Origin: Marispirochaeta sp.
GTDB taxonomy: Bacteria; Spirochaetota; Spirochaetia; JC444; Marispirochaetaceae
Length of the DNA: 64,000 bases
Reading direction: 5' to 3'
Assembly (NCBI GenBank): GCA_963676835.2
Contig: CAXXFF010000002.1
Location: 1,472,001-1,536,000 of the forward strand
In this document: piece after piece, positions 46,821-55,105 of the stretch
Layout of the letters: the number at the start of each line of letters is the position of its first letter
How positions within the stretch are numbered: position 1 is the first letter of the stretch
Program-made: the position numbers and the translations under genes
Notes under the pieces: generated by a model
What the model was told of the DNA's origin: nothing
The model's input: the letters and a program-made list of their open reading frames with translations, nothing else
Database searches by the model: none

Positions 46821-49690
46821 TGAAGATCAGTTTTACCCTTAACGGAAAGCCCGTTAGTTTTGAAGGCGCTCCCGGCGAGTCTGCCCAGAAGTTTCTGCAG
46901 CGAAACGGTATTGCCTCGGTGCGGAACTCCGACGACGGCTTCGGTTTTGCAGGATCCGACAGTATCCTGCTGGATGGACGTATTGTTGGTTCAAATATCA
47001 TAGTGGCGCCCCAGCTGGAAGGCCGGGATGTTAAAACCATTGAGTTTTACGGTACCAGCCGCACTTTAAGTGTTGTGCAGCAGGCTATGCTAGATTCCGG
47101 CTGTGTTCAGTCGGGCTATAACTCTCCTGCAGCAGCCATGATGATCCACGAGCTTCTGGACCGCAGTTCTGAGCCTTCAAAGGATGAGGTAAAAGACGCG
47201 CTGTCCGGACTGTTCAACCGGGCTACGGGATACGAGCAGTTTTTTCAGGCCGTTGAACTTGCCTCGGCCAGAATGAAAGACCCGGCCTATACAAAGGTTC
47301 AGGCTCCATCCTTCGGCCCCAATTACGATATTGTTGGTAAACCGGAACCGAAAAAGGACTCCGCCCGTATGGTGGCAGGAGACCGGGTTTTTGTAGAAGA
47401 CCGGGTTGAGAAGGGTAGCTGTATCCTCAAGGTTCTCCGAAGTCCCCATGCCCATGCCTGGATTAAAAGTATCGATACATCTGCAGCGGAAGCTGTTCCG
47501 GGAGTGGTGGGTATTTTTACGTATAAGGATGCACCGCAGAAGGTCTACACCCAGGCGGGGCAGAACTTTCCCGAACCCTCTCCCTACGACAGAATGGTTC
47601 TTTCCCGCAAGGTCCGTCATATAGGAGACAGGGTTGCAGCAGTGGTTGCAGAGACCCTGGAAGCGGCGGAAAAGGCCCGTGATCTGATAAAGGTCCAGTA
47701 TGAAGTCCTTCCAACGGTTCTGGACTGGGATGATGCCTACGATGACAGCCTGCCGAGAATCCATAACGGACCAATCGAGTATGTTGAAGGTGCTCCTGAT
47801 GACATTGCACAGCTGAATGCTGATGTGAACAGTGAGGAGGAGCCGGTAATCTATCAATTCCCTATAGGGGGAAATCCGCGGAAGAACATTGCTTCCTCCA
47901 TCTCCGGCGGTATCGGCGATCTTGAGAAGGGCTTTGCCGAGGCCGACGCGGTAATTGAGCGCACCTATACCACCACTCAGATACAGTGTACTCCCCTTGA
48001 GATGCATGTCTGCTATGCGAAGATGGAAGGTGACAGGCTTGTGGTGCATGCATCCACCCAGGTGCCCTACCATGTACGGAGGCTTATCTCCACTCTGCTT
48101 GATCTCCCGGAAAACAAGGTTCGCATTATCAAGGAGCGGGTCGGCGGTGGCTACGGCTCCAAGCAGGATATGACCATTGAAGATCTGGTAGCCTTCTGCG
48201 CCTACAAGACGGGACGAGCGGTTTTTCAGCACTACAGCCGTGAGGAGGAGTTTATTGCCAACTCGTCCCGAAAGCCCATGCGCTGTACAGTGAAGCTTGG
48301 AGCAAAGAAAGACGGCACCATGACTGCCATGTATGTAAAGGTGGAGTCAAACCAGGGAGCCTACGGAGCCCACTGCCTCACGGTTCCCATGAACGGTGTC
48401 TCCAAGAGTCTGCCCCTCTTTCTCTGCGACAATGCGGGATTTGATGTTGTGGCTCTCTATTCCAACCGGCCGCCCACCGGGGCCTATCAGGGCTACGGAG
48501 CGCCCAAGGTGAACTATGCGGTGCAGTTAGCGGTGAAGGAGCTTGCCGCGGAGATTGGTGTTGATCACCTGGAGGTTGTTGAGAAGAACCGGGTTAAAGA
48601 AGGTTCAATGCTTGAGATTCTCCGCTGTCTCGGCGAAGGCCGGGAAGGAGCTCCTGCACCGGCAACCACCTGCGGTCTGGGGCCGGCCCTTGAACAGGGA
48701 GCTGAGATGATTAACTGGTCTCAACGGGAAGAGAGCGGCGACCCGGATATAAAAATCGGTAAAGGGCTGGCCACAGTTCAGCAGGGATCTGGGCTTCCAG
48801 GCCTTGATTCGGCCAATGCCATTATAAAGATGCTTGGAGACGGAACCTTTCTGGTACAGTCCGGCGGTGCCGACCTGGGTACCGGTCTTGATCTGGTAAG
48901 TGCAAAGATAACCGCCGAGGTTTTAAAGTGTGATATGGAGATTGTTACCGTCCAGTCCGGCGATACCGATGCTGCCCCCTTTGATACCGGCGCCTACGCC
49001 TCAAGCGGTACCTACTTTTCCGGCGGGGCCACCCGCAATGCCGCTTTAAAAATGGCAGAGCAGATTAAAACCGAAGCTGCAGCAATTCTCGGCGAGAAGC
49101 CTGAAGATATTGAACTGCTGCGGCCGGGAATTGCCCGGGGAAAAACCGGGGAGCTTACCTACCGGAAACTTGCCTGGCATAGTCAGACAGGATCTGGCTG
49201 CGGTCAGCTGATATCGTCGGCAAGCTTTACCACCGACAAGTTCAGCTTTCCCTATGGCGCCCACTTCTGCCAGGTGGCTGTGAATACCCGCACTGGCAAG
49301 GTAAAGGTACAGAAGTATTATGCCCTGGAAGACTGCGGTACTCCCATAAATCCCGAGTACGCCATGGGACAGGTTTACGGTGCGGTGGTGAAATCCATGG
49401 GACATGCTCTGTATGAGGAGATGATCTTCGACAAGGAGGGCCGCTGCCTGAATACCGACCTGCGCAGCTACGGTGTGCCCATGATCGGGGATATTCCTGA
49501 GGATTTTAAAACAGTGCTGGTAGAGACGGATGATCCCTTCGGCCCATTCGGAGCCAAATCGGTTTCGGAGATCAGTGTAAACGGTGCGGCTCCGGCCATT
49601 GCCGCGGCAATTTATGATGCCGTCGGCGTATGGATGCGGGACTGGCCCTTCAGCCCCGAGAAGATTCTCAAGGCCCTGAAGAAAATATAA
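46820..49690 (+). CDS. xdhD: XdhD-like fused (degenerate Fe-S + molybdopterin) oxidoreductase
   Basis: SVRNSDDGFGFAGSD and VQSGYN (Cys-less Fe-S domain typical of XdhD), GGGYGSKQ, GAYQGYG, GAKSVSE. Confidence 0.9.
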   Translation: MKISFTLNGKPVSFEGAPGESAQKFLQRNGIASVRNSDDGFGFAGSDSILLDGRIVGSNIIVAPQLEGRDVKTIEFYGTSRTLSVVQQAMLDSGCVQSGYNSPAAAMMIHELLDRSSEPSKDEVKDALSGLFNRATGYEQFFQAVELASARMKDPAYTKVQAPSFGPNYDIVGKPEPKKDSARMVAGDRVFVEDRVEKGSCILKVLRSPHAHAWIKSIDTSAAEAVPGVVGIFTYKDAPQKVYTQAGQNFPEPSPYDRMVLSRKVRHIGDRVAAVVAETLEAAEKARDLIKVQYEVLPTVLDWDDAYDDSLPRIHNGPIEYVEGAPDDIAQLNADVNSEEEPVIYQFPIGGNPRKNIASSISGGIGDLEKGFAEADAVIERTYTTTQIQCTPLEMHVCYAKMEGDRLVVHASTQVPYHVRRLISTLLDLPENKVRIIKERVGGGYGSKQDMTIEDLVAFCAYKTGRAVFQHYSREEEFIANSSRKPMRCTVKLGAKKDGTMTAMYVKVESNQGAYGAHCLTVPMNGVSKSLPLFLCDNAGFDVVALYSNRPPTGAYQGYGAPKVNYAVQLAVKELAAEIGVDHLEVVEKNRVKEGSMLEILRCLGEGREGAPAPATTCGLGPALEQGAEMINWSQREESGDPDIKIGKGLATVQQGSGLPGLDSANAIIKMLGDGTFLVQSGGADLGTGLDLVSAKITAEVLKCDMEIVTVQSGDTDAAPFDTGAYASSGTYFSGGATRNAALKMAEQIKTEAAAILGEKPEDIELLRPGIARGKTGELTYRKLAWHSQTGSGCGQLISSASFTTDKFSFPYGAHFCQVAVNTRTGKVKVQKYYALEDCGTPINPEYAMGQVYGAVVKSMGHALYEEMIFDKEGRCLNTDLRSYGVPMIGDIPEDFKTVLVETDDPFGPFGAKSVSEISVNGAAPAIAAAIYDAVGVWMRDWPFSPEKILKALKKI

Positions 49691-49719
49691 TACGGAGACG
49701 CGTCAGGGATAGAAGCGAA

Positions 49720-49760
49720 AATCCCGTAGAGGCGTTCTATCAGAACGCCTCTACGGGATT
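49720..49760. repeat. GTAG-type REP palindrome
   Basis: Perfect 19-bp inverted repeat AATCCCGTAGAGGCGTTCT-atc-AGAACGCCTCTACGGGATT. Confidence 0.8.
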
Positions 49761-49842
49761 GCAGCGGATAGCCCGGCCCGACCGAAAGGGAGGGAGACGC
49801 CCGGATGAAGAAGAAATAGAGAACGAGTAACGAGGAGAGGCT

Positions 49843-51039
49843 GTGAAACAGACGGTTTTAAAGCAGAAGCTGGCGGCGCTTGAGAAGCTTGCCACGCAGA
49901 AGATGGTGAACAATGATTTTCTGTTGACCTGGGAAAAAAGTGATGACGAGATTGCGGCGACCTTTCTGGTGGCCGAGGCGCTGAAGCTTATGCGGGAAGA
50001 GAATATTTCCACCCGGGCCTATGATTCGGGGCTCGGAATCAGCCTGTTCCGGGATAATTCCACCCGGACCCGCTTCAGTTATGCATCGGCCTGTAATCTG
50101 CTGGGCCTGGAAGTGCAGGACCTGGATGAGGGAAAGAGCCAGATTGCCCACGGAGAAACTGTCCGGGAGACGGCGGTAATGATCAGCTTTATGGCAGACG
50201 TTATCGGTATTCGGGACGATATGTACATCGGCAAGGGGAACACCTATATGCGTCAGGTGGCAAAGGCGGTGCAGGAGGGCTTTGACGACGGTGTGCTCGA
50301 GCAGCGTCCCAGCCTGGTGAATCTGCAGTGTGATATTGATCACCCCACCCAGAGCATGGCGGATACCCTGCATCTGATTAACCATTTCGGCGGCGTTGAG
50401 AATCTTAAAGGCAAGAAGGTCGCCATGACCTGGGCCTACAGCCCCTCCTACGGCAAGCCCCTGTCGGTACCCCAGGGGGTGATCGGTCTGATGACCCGCT
50501 TCGGTATGGATGTGGTGCTGGCTCATCCGGAAGGCTACGAGGTTATGCCCGAGGTTATGGATGTGGCGGCGAAGAATGCCGAGGCTTCCGGCGGCGGATT
50601 CAGCCTCACTAGCGATATGGGGGCGGCTTTTGATGGAGCGGATATTGTCTATCCCAAAAGCTGGGCGCCTTTTGCGGCCATGGAGAAGCGGACAGATCTT
50701 TACGGCAATGGTGATCATGACGGGATTAAGGCTCTTGAGAAGGAGCTCCTGGCACAGAATGCCGGACATAAAGACTGGGAGTGTACCGAGGATCTGATGA
50801 AGAAGACCAAAGACGGCAAAGGTCTTTACCTGCACTGTCTGCCCGCGGATATAAGCGGCGTCAGCTGTAAAGAGGGTGAGGTTGCGGCGTCGGTGTTTGA
50901 CCGCTACCGGGTGCCTCTGTATGCCCAGGCGGGATTCAAGCCTTATGTAATTGCCGCGATGATTTTCTTAAGCAAATTCGGTGATCCCGCGGGCAAGTTG
51001 GGCGAGATGCTGAAGGCCGGACGGAAGCGGATTTTTTAG
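49843..51039 (+). CDS. ygeW: Knotted carbamoyltransferase YgeW
   Basis: FRDNSTRTRFS, GIRDDMYIGKG, NLQCDIDHPTQ, WAYSPSYGKPLSVPQG, HCLPAD. Confidence 0.95.
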   Translation: MKQTVLKQKLAALEKLATQKMVNNDFLLTWEKSDDEIAATFLVAEALKLMREENISTRAYDSGLGISLFRDNSTRTRFSYASACNLLGLEVQDLDEGKSQIAHGETVRETAVMISFMADVIGIRDDMYIGKGNTYMRQVAKAVQEGFDDGVLEQRPSLVNLQCDIDHPTQSMADTLHLINHFGGVENLKGKKVAMTWAYSPSYGKPLSVPQGVIGLMTRFGMDVVLAHPEGYEVMPEVMDVAAKNAEASGGGFSLTSDMGAAFDGADIVYPKSWAPFAAMEKRTDLYGNGDHDGIKALEKELLAQNAGHKDWECTEDLMKKTKDGKGLYLHCLPADISGVSCKEGEVAASVFDRYRVPLYAQAGFKPYVIAAMIFLSKFGDPAGKLGEMLKAGRKRIF

Positions 51040-51053
51040 ATTAGCTCTTACCT

Positions 51054-51093
51054 CCCCCTCGCCTGTTTGGGAGAGGGGGCAGGGGGGTGAGGG
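51054..51093. repeat. Single CCCCCTCGCC...GGGGTGAGGG repeat unit
   Basis: Same family as 44179-44219. Confidence 0.75.
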
Positions 51094-51116
51094 TAGGACT
51101 TAACGTTCTATAAAGC

Positions 51117-51152
51117 AGGGGATTATGCGCAATGCGGGTAATCCCCTTTTTT
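51117..51152 (+). terminator. Rho-independent terminator ending the purine operon
   Basis: AGGGGATTA...TAATCCCCT stem followed by a T-run. Confidence 0.7.
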
Positions 51153-51178
51153 AATTGTAATTAGACTTGATTTGTTAT

Positions 51179-51227
51179 TATATTGGAGTATAATCAAGAA
51201 ATATATGTGATATATTTGAGTATAATC
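51179..51227 (+). promoter_or_regulatory. 17-bp direct repeat containing TATAAT upstream of AAA ATPase
   Basis: TATATTGGAGTATAATC (51179-95) and TATATTTGAGTATAATC (51211-27); TTGATT at 51167. Confidence 0.55.
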
Positions 51228-51229
51228 CA

Positions 51230-52441
51230 ATGATTAGAAATTTCATCACCACGTATAAAAGGCTGATACAGCAGACACGCTATCCTCATCATAGATACAT
51301 TTTCAGCGACTTTAATATTGATAATCGCCTGACCGGTTTAATAGGTCCCCGGGGGACAGGAAAAACAACCCTTCTTCTGCAGTACATTCAGGAAAAAATA
51401 CCTGACCTGGATGAATGTATTTATGCGTCAATTGATAATATCTATTTCTCTCAGAACAATCTGATTGATTTTGTGAATGTTCTGTATGAGGAGTACGGGA
51501 TCAGATACTTTTTTCTGGATGAAATCCATAAGTATCCCCGATGGAACCAGGAGTTGAAGAATCTCTATGATTCCTACCCGGATATAAAGATTGTATTTTC
51601 CGGCAGTTCGAGTATTGATCTGGTAAAAGGTACCTTCGATCTATCCAGAAGAGGTGTTATTTTCAGAATTGGGGGGATGTCCTTTCGTGAATATCTCTTA
51701 TTTAACAATATTGCTGACACCGGGACAATTTCTTACGAAATTCTGCTTCAGAACAGATCGGAGTTCGAAAACCTGATTGCCGGAATTCCCAAACTGAAAG
51801 GCTATTTCAAAACCTATCTTGGATTCGGATATTACCCCTTTGTGCTTGAAGGAACCGAATCGTACAGTCAAAAAATACAGAGAATAATAGCCAAAACCAT
51901 ATTTGAAGACATTTCCAACCACTACAAGCTGAAGACAGAGAACCTGTCAAGCTTTAAGCGGATACTTGCCTACATGGCAACCATCCCTCCGGGAGAACTC
52001 AACAGGAATAGTATTTCCAGGAATATCGGCCTTGATAACAGGACTGTACAGAATTATCTCGAAATCCTGCAGGAGACCGGCTTGATTACATTAGTTTCCA
52101 CCAACAGGGCGGGAAGTCAGATTTTGAAGCAGACAGAAAAGATCTATCTGGATAATCCCGACTTGTATGCATCTATTGCAAATGAAATAGGTTTTGAAAC
52201 TAAAACAGGCACCATTCGGGAAATATTTTTAATAAATATGGCTAAAAACGCCGGTCTCAATATTCACATGGGCAGGATTGGCGATTTTGAAATTGACGGA
52301 TCTTTGTTTGAGGTTGGCGGCAGAAAAAAGGATAGAAGGCAACTTAAAGAGAATTTGAATACTGGGTATATCGTGAAGGATGATGTTCTTTACGGATCAA
52401 GGAAAGAGATCCCATTGCATTTGTTTGGTTTTTTGTATTAG
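51230..52441 (+). CDS. AAA_14 ATPase with DUF4143-like C-terminal domain
   Basis: GPRGTGKTT, FLDEIHKYPRW, FSGSSS, GYYPF, KIYLDNP, GDFEI..FEVGG. Confidence 0.88.
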   Translation: MIRNFITTYKRLIQQTRYPHHRYIFSDFNIDNRLTGLIGPRGTGKTTLLLQYIQEKIPDLDECIYASIDNIYFSQNNLIDFVNVLYEEYGIRYFFLDEIHKYPRWNQELKNLYDSYPDIKIVFSGSSSIDLVKGTFDLSRRGVIFRIGGMSFREYLLFNNIADTGTISYEILLQNRSEFENLIAGIPKLKGYFKTYLGFGYYPFVLEGTESYSQKIQRIIAKTIFEDISNHYKLKTENLSSFKRILAYMATIPPGELNRNSISRNIGLDNRTVQNYLEILQETGLITLVSTNRAGSQILKQTEKIYLDNPDLYASIANEIGFETKTGTIREIFLINMAKNAGLNIHMGRIGDFEIDGSLFEVGGRKKDRRQLKENLNTGYIVKDDVLYGSRKEIPLHLFGFLY

Positions 52442-52496
52442 TTGAGAAACTCCCTCATAAATACACTGTTCACCGGCTTAATTGAAATTTATTTTC

Positions 52497-52525
52497 TTGC
52501 AAAGTATGCATAATATGCATATAGT
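52497..52525 (+). promoter_or_regulatory. sigma70 promoter with tandem palindromic operator TATGCATA x2
   Basis: TTGCAA-N17-TATAGT; TATGCATA at 52505 and 52514; 7 nt to the GTG start. Confidence 0.6.
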
Positions 52526-52532
52526 ATGAGCT

Positions 52533-52769
52533 GTGCCTATAATTCTGATAACAAAAAATTTGAAAATATGTATCTACCCTAAGGATCATGAACCTCCTCA
52601 TGTCCATGTTATTGGTCCTGATTGTGAGGCGAAGATCAATATCCATACCTTGGAGTGTTTTTCCAATTATGGATTCAGTGTGAAGGATATTAAGAGGATT
52701 TCTGCATTTGTTGAAGAAAATCTTGACCTTATTATAGAAGCGTGGGAGGAGTATCATGGAGAAGAATAA
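52533..52769 (+). CDS. DUF4160-family protein (putative toxin)
   Basis: IYPKDHEPPHVHV...AKINI...IIEAWEEYHG. Confidence 0.85.
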   Translation: MPIILITKNLKICIYPKDHEPPHVHVIGPDCEAKINIHTLECFSNYGFSVKDIKRISAFVEENLDLIIEAWEEYHGEE

Positions 52770-53028
52770 GATTGATTTTTCTGAAACGGATAAATTATCT
52801 GATGATGAATTTGCCCCTGAGAATATTAAAGTACGTATAACCACATATATCGATAAGGACATTCTGGATAAGCTTCGGGAAGAAGCGGCTGAGTCGGGAA
52901 AAAAATATCAGTCTTTGCTGAATGAAAAACTGCGGGAGACAGTATTTGAAGAAAAATCGATAAAAGCTTCTATAAAAGATCTGAAGACACGGCTTGAGAT
53001 TGTTGAGAGTAAAATTGAGGCAAGTTGA
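52756..53028 (+). CDS. BrnA-like RHH antitoxin
   Basis: KVRITTYIDKDILDKLREEAAESGKKYQSLLNEKLR; SD GGAGGAG; 14-bp overlap. Confidence 0.75.
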   Translation: MEKNKIDFSETDKLSDDEFAPENIKVRITTYIDKDILDKLREEAAESGKKYQSLLNEKLRETVFEEKSIKASIKDLKTRLEIVESKIEAS

Positions 53029-53067
53029 TTTATACGTAACTATGTTGTAATTTGTTACGTGGAGTCT

Positions 53068-53313
53068 ATGATGAATAAAAAACTCACCCTGAATGTAGAC
53101 GAGTCTCTTATCGATTTTGCAAAAAGCTATTCAAAGGCAAGCAATCAGTCCATATCGAGTATCTTTGAAAAGTATCTTATCCGCCTGAAAGAAGGAAAAG
53201 AGAACATTGAAGTTTCTGAAGATGCCCGGGAACTGTATGGAATAATAGGCAATGAAAAGCTGCCGGATAAGAAAAAGATGAGGGCAGGCTTTTATGAAAA
53301 AAGTACTGATTGA
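53068..53313 (+). CDS. DUF6364-like RHH antitoxin
   Basis: NKKLTLNVDESLIDFAKSYS..SISSIFEKYL; operator-like ACGTAAC..GTTACGT upstream. Confidence 0.8.
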   Translation: MMNKKLTLNVDESLIDFAKSYSKASNQSISSIFEKYLIRLKEGKENIEVSEDARELYGIIGNEKLPDKKKMRAGFYEKSTD

Positions 53314-53710
53314 TTTGAATGTCATAATCGATTTTCTGAATAAAAGAAACGATCATGAAGCTGCCCTTGCAGTTTATGACAAGTGTGTAAAAAGGGAACT
53401 GAAGGGCTATGTCGGCTCCCATGAAATAACAACTTTAAGCTGCTTTCTGGAAAGAGAAAAATACGAGAGAAAAAAGAGGAATAGGATAATAAGTAACCTG
53501 CTGGACAACTTGAGTGTTCTTACGGCTCATGAGGAAATATTGCGCAAATCCCTCGTCTCTGAAATTAATGATTATGAGGATGCTGTAATTGACGCGTTAG
53601 CTTCACATGAAGGTGTAGATTATATTGTGACTGGAAATTTAAAAGATTTCAGGAAATCCGGGAACAGGGTATATACGGCCAGGGAAATTCTGGATGTAGT
53701 AAACAATTGA
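53294..53710 (+). CDS. PIN-domain (PIN_3) toxin
   Basis: KVLIDLNVIIDFL...DYEDAVI...IVTGNLKDF. Confidence 0.85.
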   Translation: MKKVLIDLNVIIDFLNKRNDHEAALAVYDKCVKRELKGYVGSHEITTLSCFLEREKYERKKRNRIISNLLDNLSVLTAHEEILRKSLVSEINDYEDAVIDALASHEGVDYIVTGNLKDFRKSGNRVYTAREILDVVNN

Positions 53711-53826
53711 ATTAAGGTTGAATTTCTCATTGCTCTTTCTTTCAGCTTGATGGCACAAAGTCAGGCATGGTAGATTGCGTTTAACCATGTAGACATGTGT
53801 TTGAATTATTATAAAGAGTAGGTAGT

Positions 53827-54654
53827 ATGAAAAAAAGAGTTACCAGCGTTATGTTTTTCCTTTTTGCTTCTGTCAGTTTTTTCGGATATGACCTTCCCGA
53901 GCTGATTAACACTTTCTACGCTAACCCGGAAATGGAGTGGCGATTCTTCACTAGTGGAATTTTACGAGCTGATGTTTATGATGCGAAAAGCCATGATATT
54001 GTCAGGACAAATTTAGATTACTTAATAGAGATGAAAAGCAGGGTTCCGTTTCTGCATATAGAGAGTCTGGAGTATCCACTGTATTGCGGCGAGACTGTTC
54101 TTGCTCTGCCGGTACACGGGCATAACATCCTCTTTCTGCTTTATGTAGATAAATATGGAAATGTTAAGAGTGACTCTTTCAAGGGCCGGGCTGTGTATGA
54201 TTTTTCAATTGAAGAGGATACCCTCTCGGTAAGTTCCGAATACCGTGATGATTCCGATTCGTTTCCGTCGGGTAATTTATTATCAACCGATGATTTCAAG
54301 CCCTGGGTAGAAGGCGTTCCGGGGGACGGCATCGGGGAAGAAATTGTTGTGCAAGATAAAGATGCTGCTTCCCCCCGGTACACCGGATTTATTATTTCCA
54401 ACGGCTTTGTCTCGTATGAAAAGCCCCACCTGTTTTTATATAACAACCGGGTAAAGAAAATCCTCATCTCTGATCTCGACGGCAGCAGAGTGTTTGAAGT
54501 GGATCTGCCGGATTCACCGGTTCCCCAGTTTATACAATTTAAAGAAAAGTATACCGGAATAAAATTGAGAATACTCGAAGTCTATAAAGGTGAAAAATGG
54601 GATGATACCTGTATAAACTTTATTCTTCCGGAAAAAAGCACCTTTGGATGGTGA
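53827..54654 (+). CDS. Exported protein with C-terminal NADase-type glycan-binding domain
   Basis: Signal peptide; PWVEGVPGDGIGE, ISNGF, NNRVKK, EVYKGEKWDDTCI. Confidence 0.75.
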   Translation: MKKRVTSVMFFLFASVSFFGYDLPELINTFYANPEMEWRFFTSGILRADVYDAKSHDIVRTNLDYLIEMKSRVPFLHIESLEYPLYCGETVLALPVHGHNILFLLYVDKYGNVKSDSFKGRAVYDFSIEEDTLSVSSEYRDDSDSFPSGNLLSTDDFKPWVEGVPGDGIGEEIVVQDKDAASPRYTGFIISNGFVSYEKPHLFLYNNRVKKILISDLDGSRVFEVDLPDSPVPQFIQFKEKYTGIKLRILEVYKGEKWDDTCINFILPEKSTFGW

Positions 54655-54667
54655 TGGAATCTAATGC

Positions 54668-55105
54668 ATGATTGAATACACACTTATAACCTTGTTTTTC
54701 ATCCTGTGGTTCGGAGTTTTTTTCCTCCTTATCTACTCAATGTTCTACCACCGCTACCTGTACCGGAAGTATCTGCAGAACAGCAATATTGCGTATATCA
54801 ATTCTCCCGAGAAGGATATAGAGGCAGTCTTTAAAACCCGCATCTACATACATGGCGGTATTTATGCCAAGCGTATTCAGCTGAATGTCGGTGAAGGGTG
54901 TATCGAAATCAGGCATAAACTGAGTAACCTGTATCTGGTGATTAATAACACCGATATGTTATCCGTGGAGTTTATAAAAGGCTTTTTTCCTGTTAATGGC
55001 CATCATGTGTATATCCGCTTTATGCAGAATGGAGATGAAAAGGCCCTGCTGTTTTCTTCAGTTAAAGCACGGAAAGTGTATGATTTAATTCTGTCGACTA
55101 ATTAA
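54668..55105 (+). CDS. Hypothetical protein with N-terminal TM helix
   Basis: 145-aa ORF; codon-level conservation with the relic at 56410-56590 supports coding. Confidence 0.7.
   Translation: MIEYTLITLFFILWFGVFFLLIYSMFYHRYLYRKYLQNSNIAYINSPEKDIEAVFKTRIYIHGGIYAKRIQLNVGEGCIEIRHKLSNLYLVINNTDMLSVEFIKGFFPVNGHHVYIRFMQNGDEKALLFSSVKARKVYDLILSTN

Noticed and set aside
46820..47260. xdhD as a pseudogene because its Fe-S domain lacks cysteines
   Set aside because: The Cys-less N-terminal domain is a normal feature of XdhD orthologs and the ORF is intact
40116..50835. Long antisense ORFs (40116-41471, 47177-48232, 49858-50835; also 29555-30457)
   Set aside because: Shadow frames opposite well-supported genes, with no recognisable motifs
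32178..51039. Selenocysteine (UGA) readthrough in ygfK/xdh genes
   Set aside because: All ORFs are full length without internal TGA; terminal TGAs fall at the expected protein ends
53750..53780. sigma54 promoter upstream of 53827
   Set aside because: GG-to-GC spacing is 11 rather than the required 10, and the nearby TGGCAC has no matching -12 element
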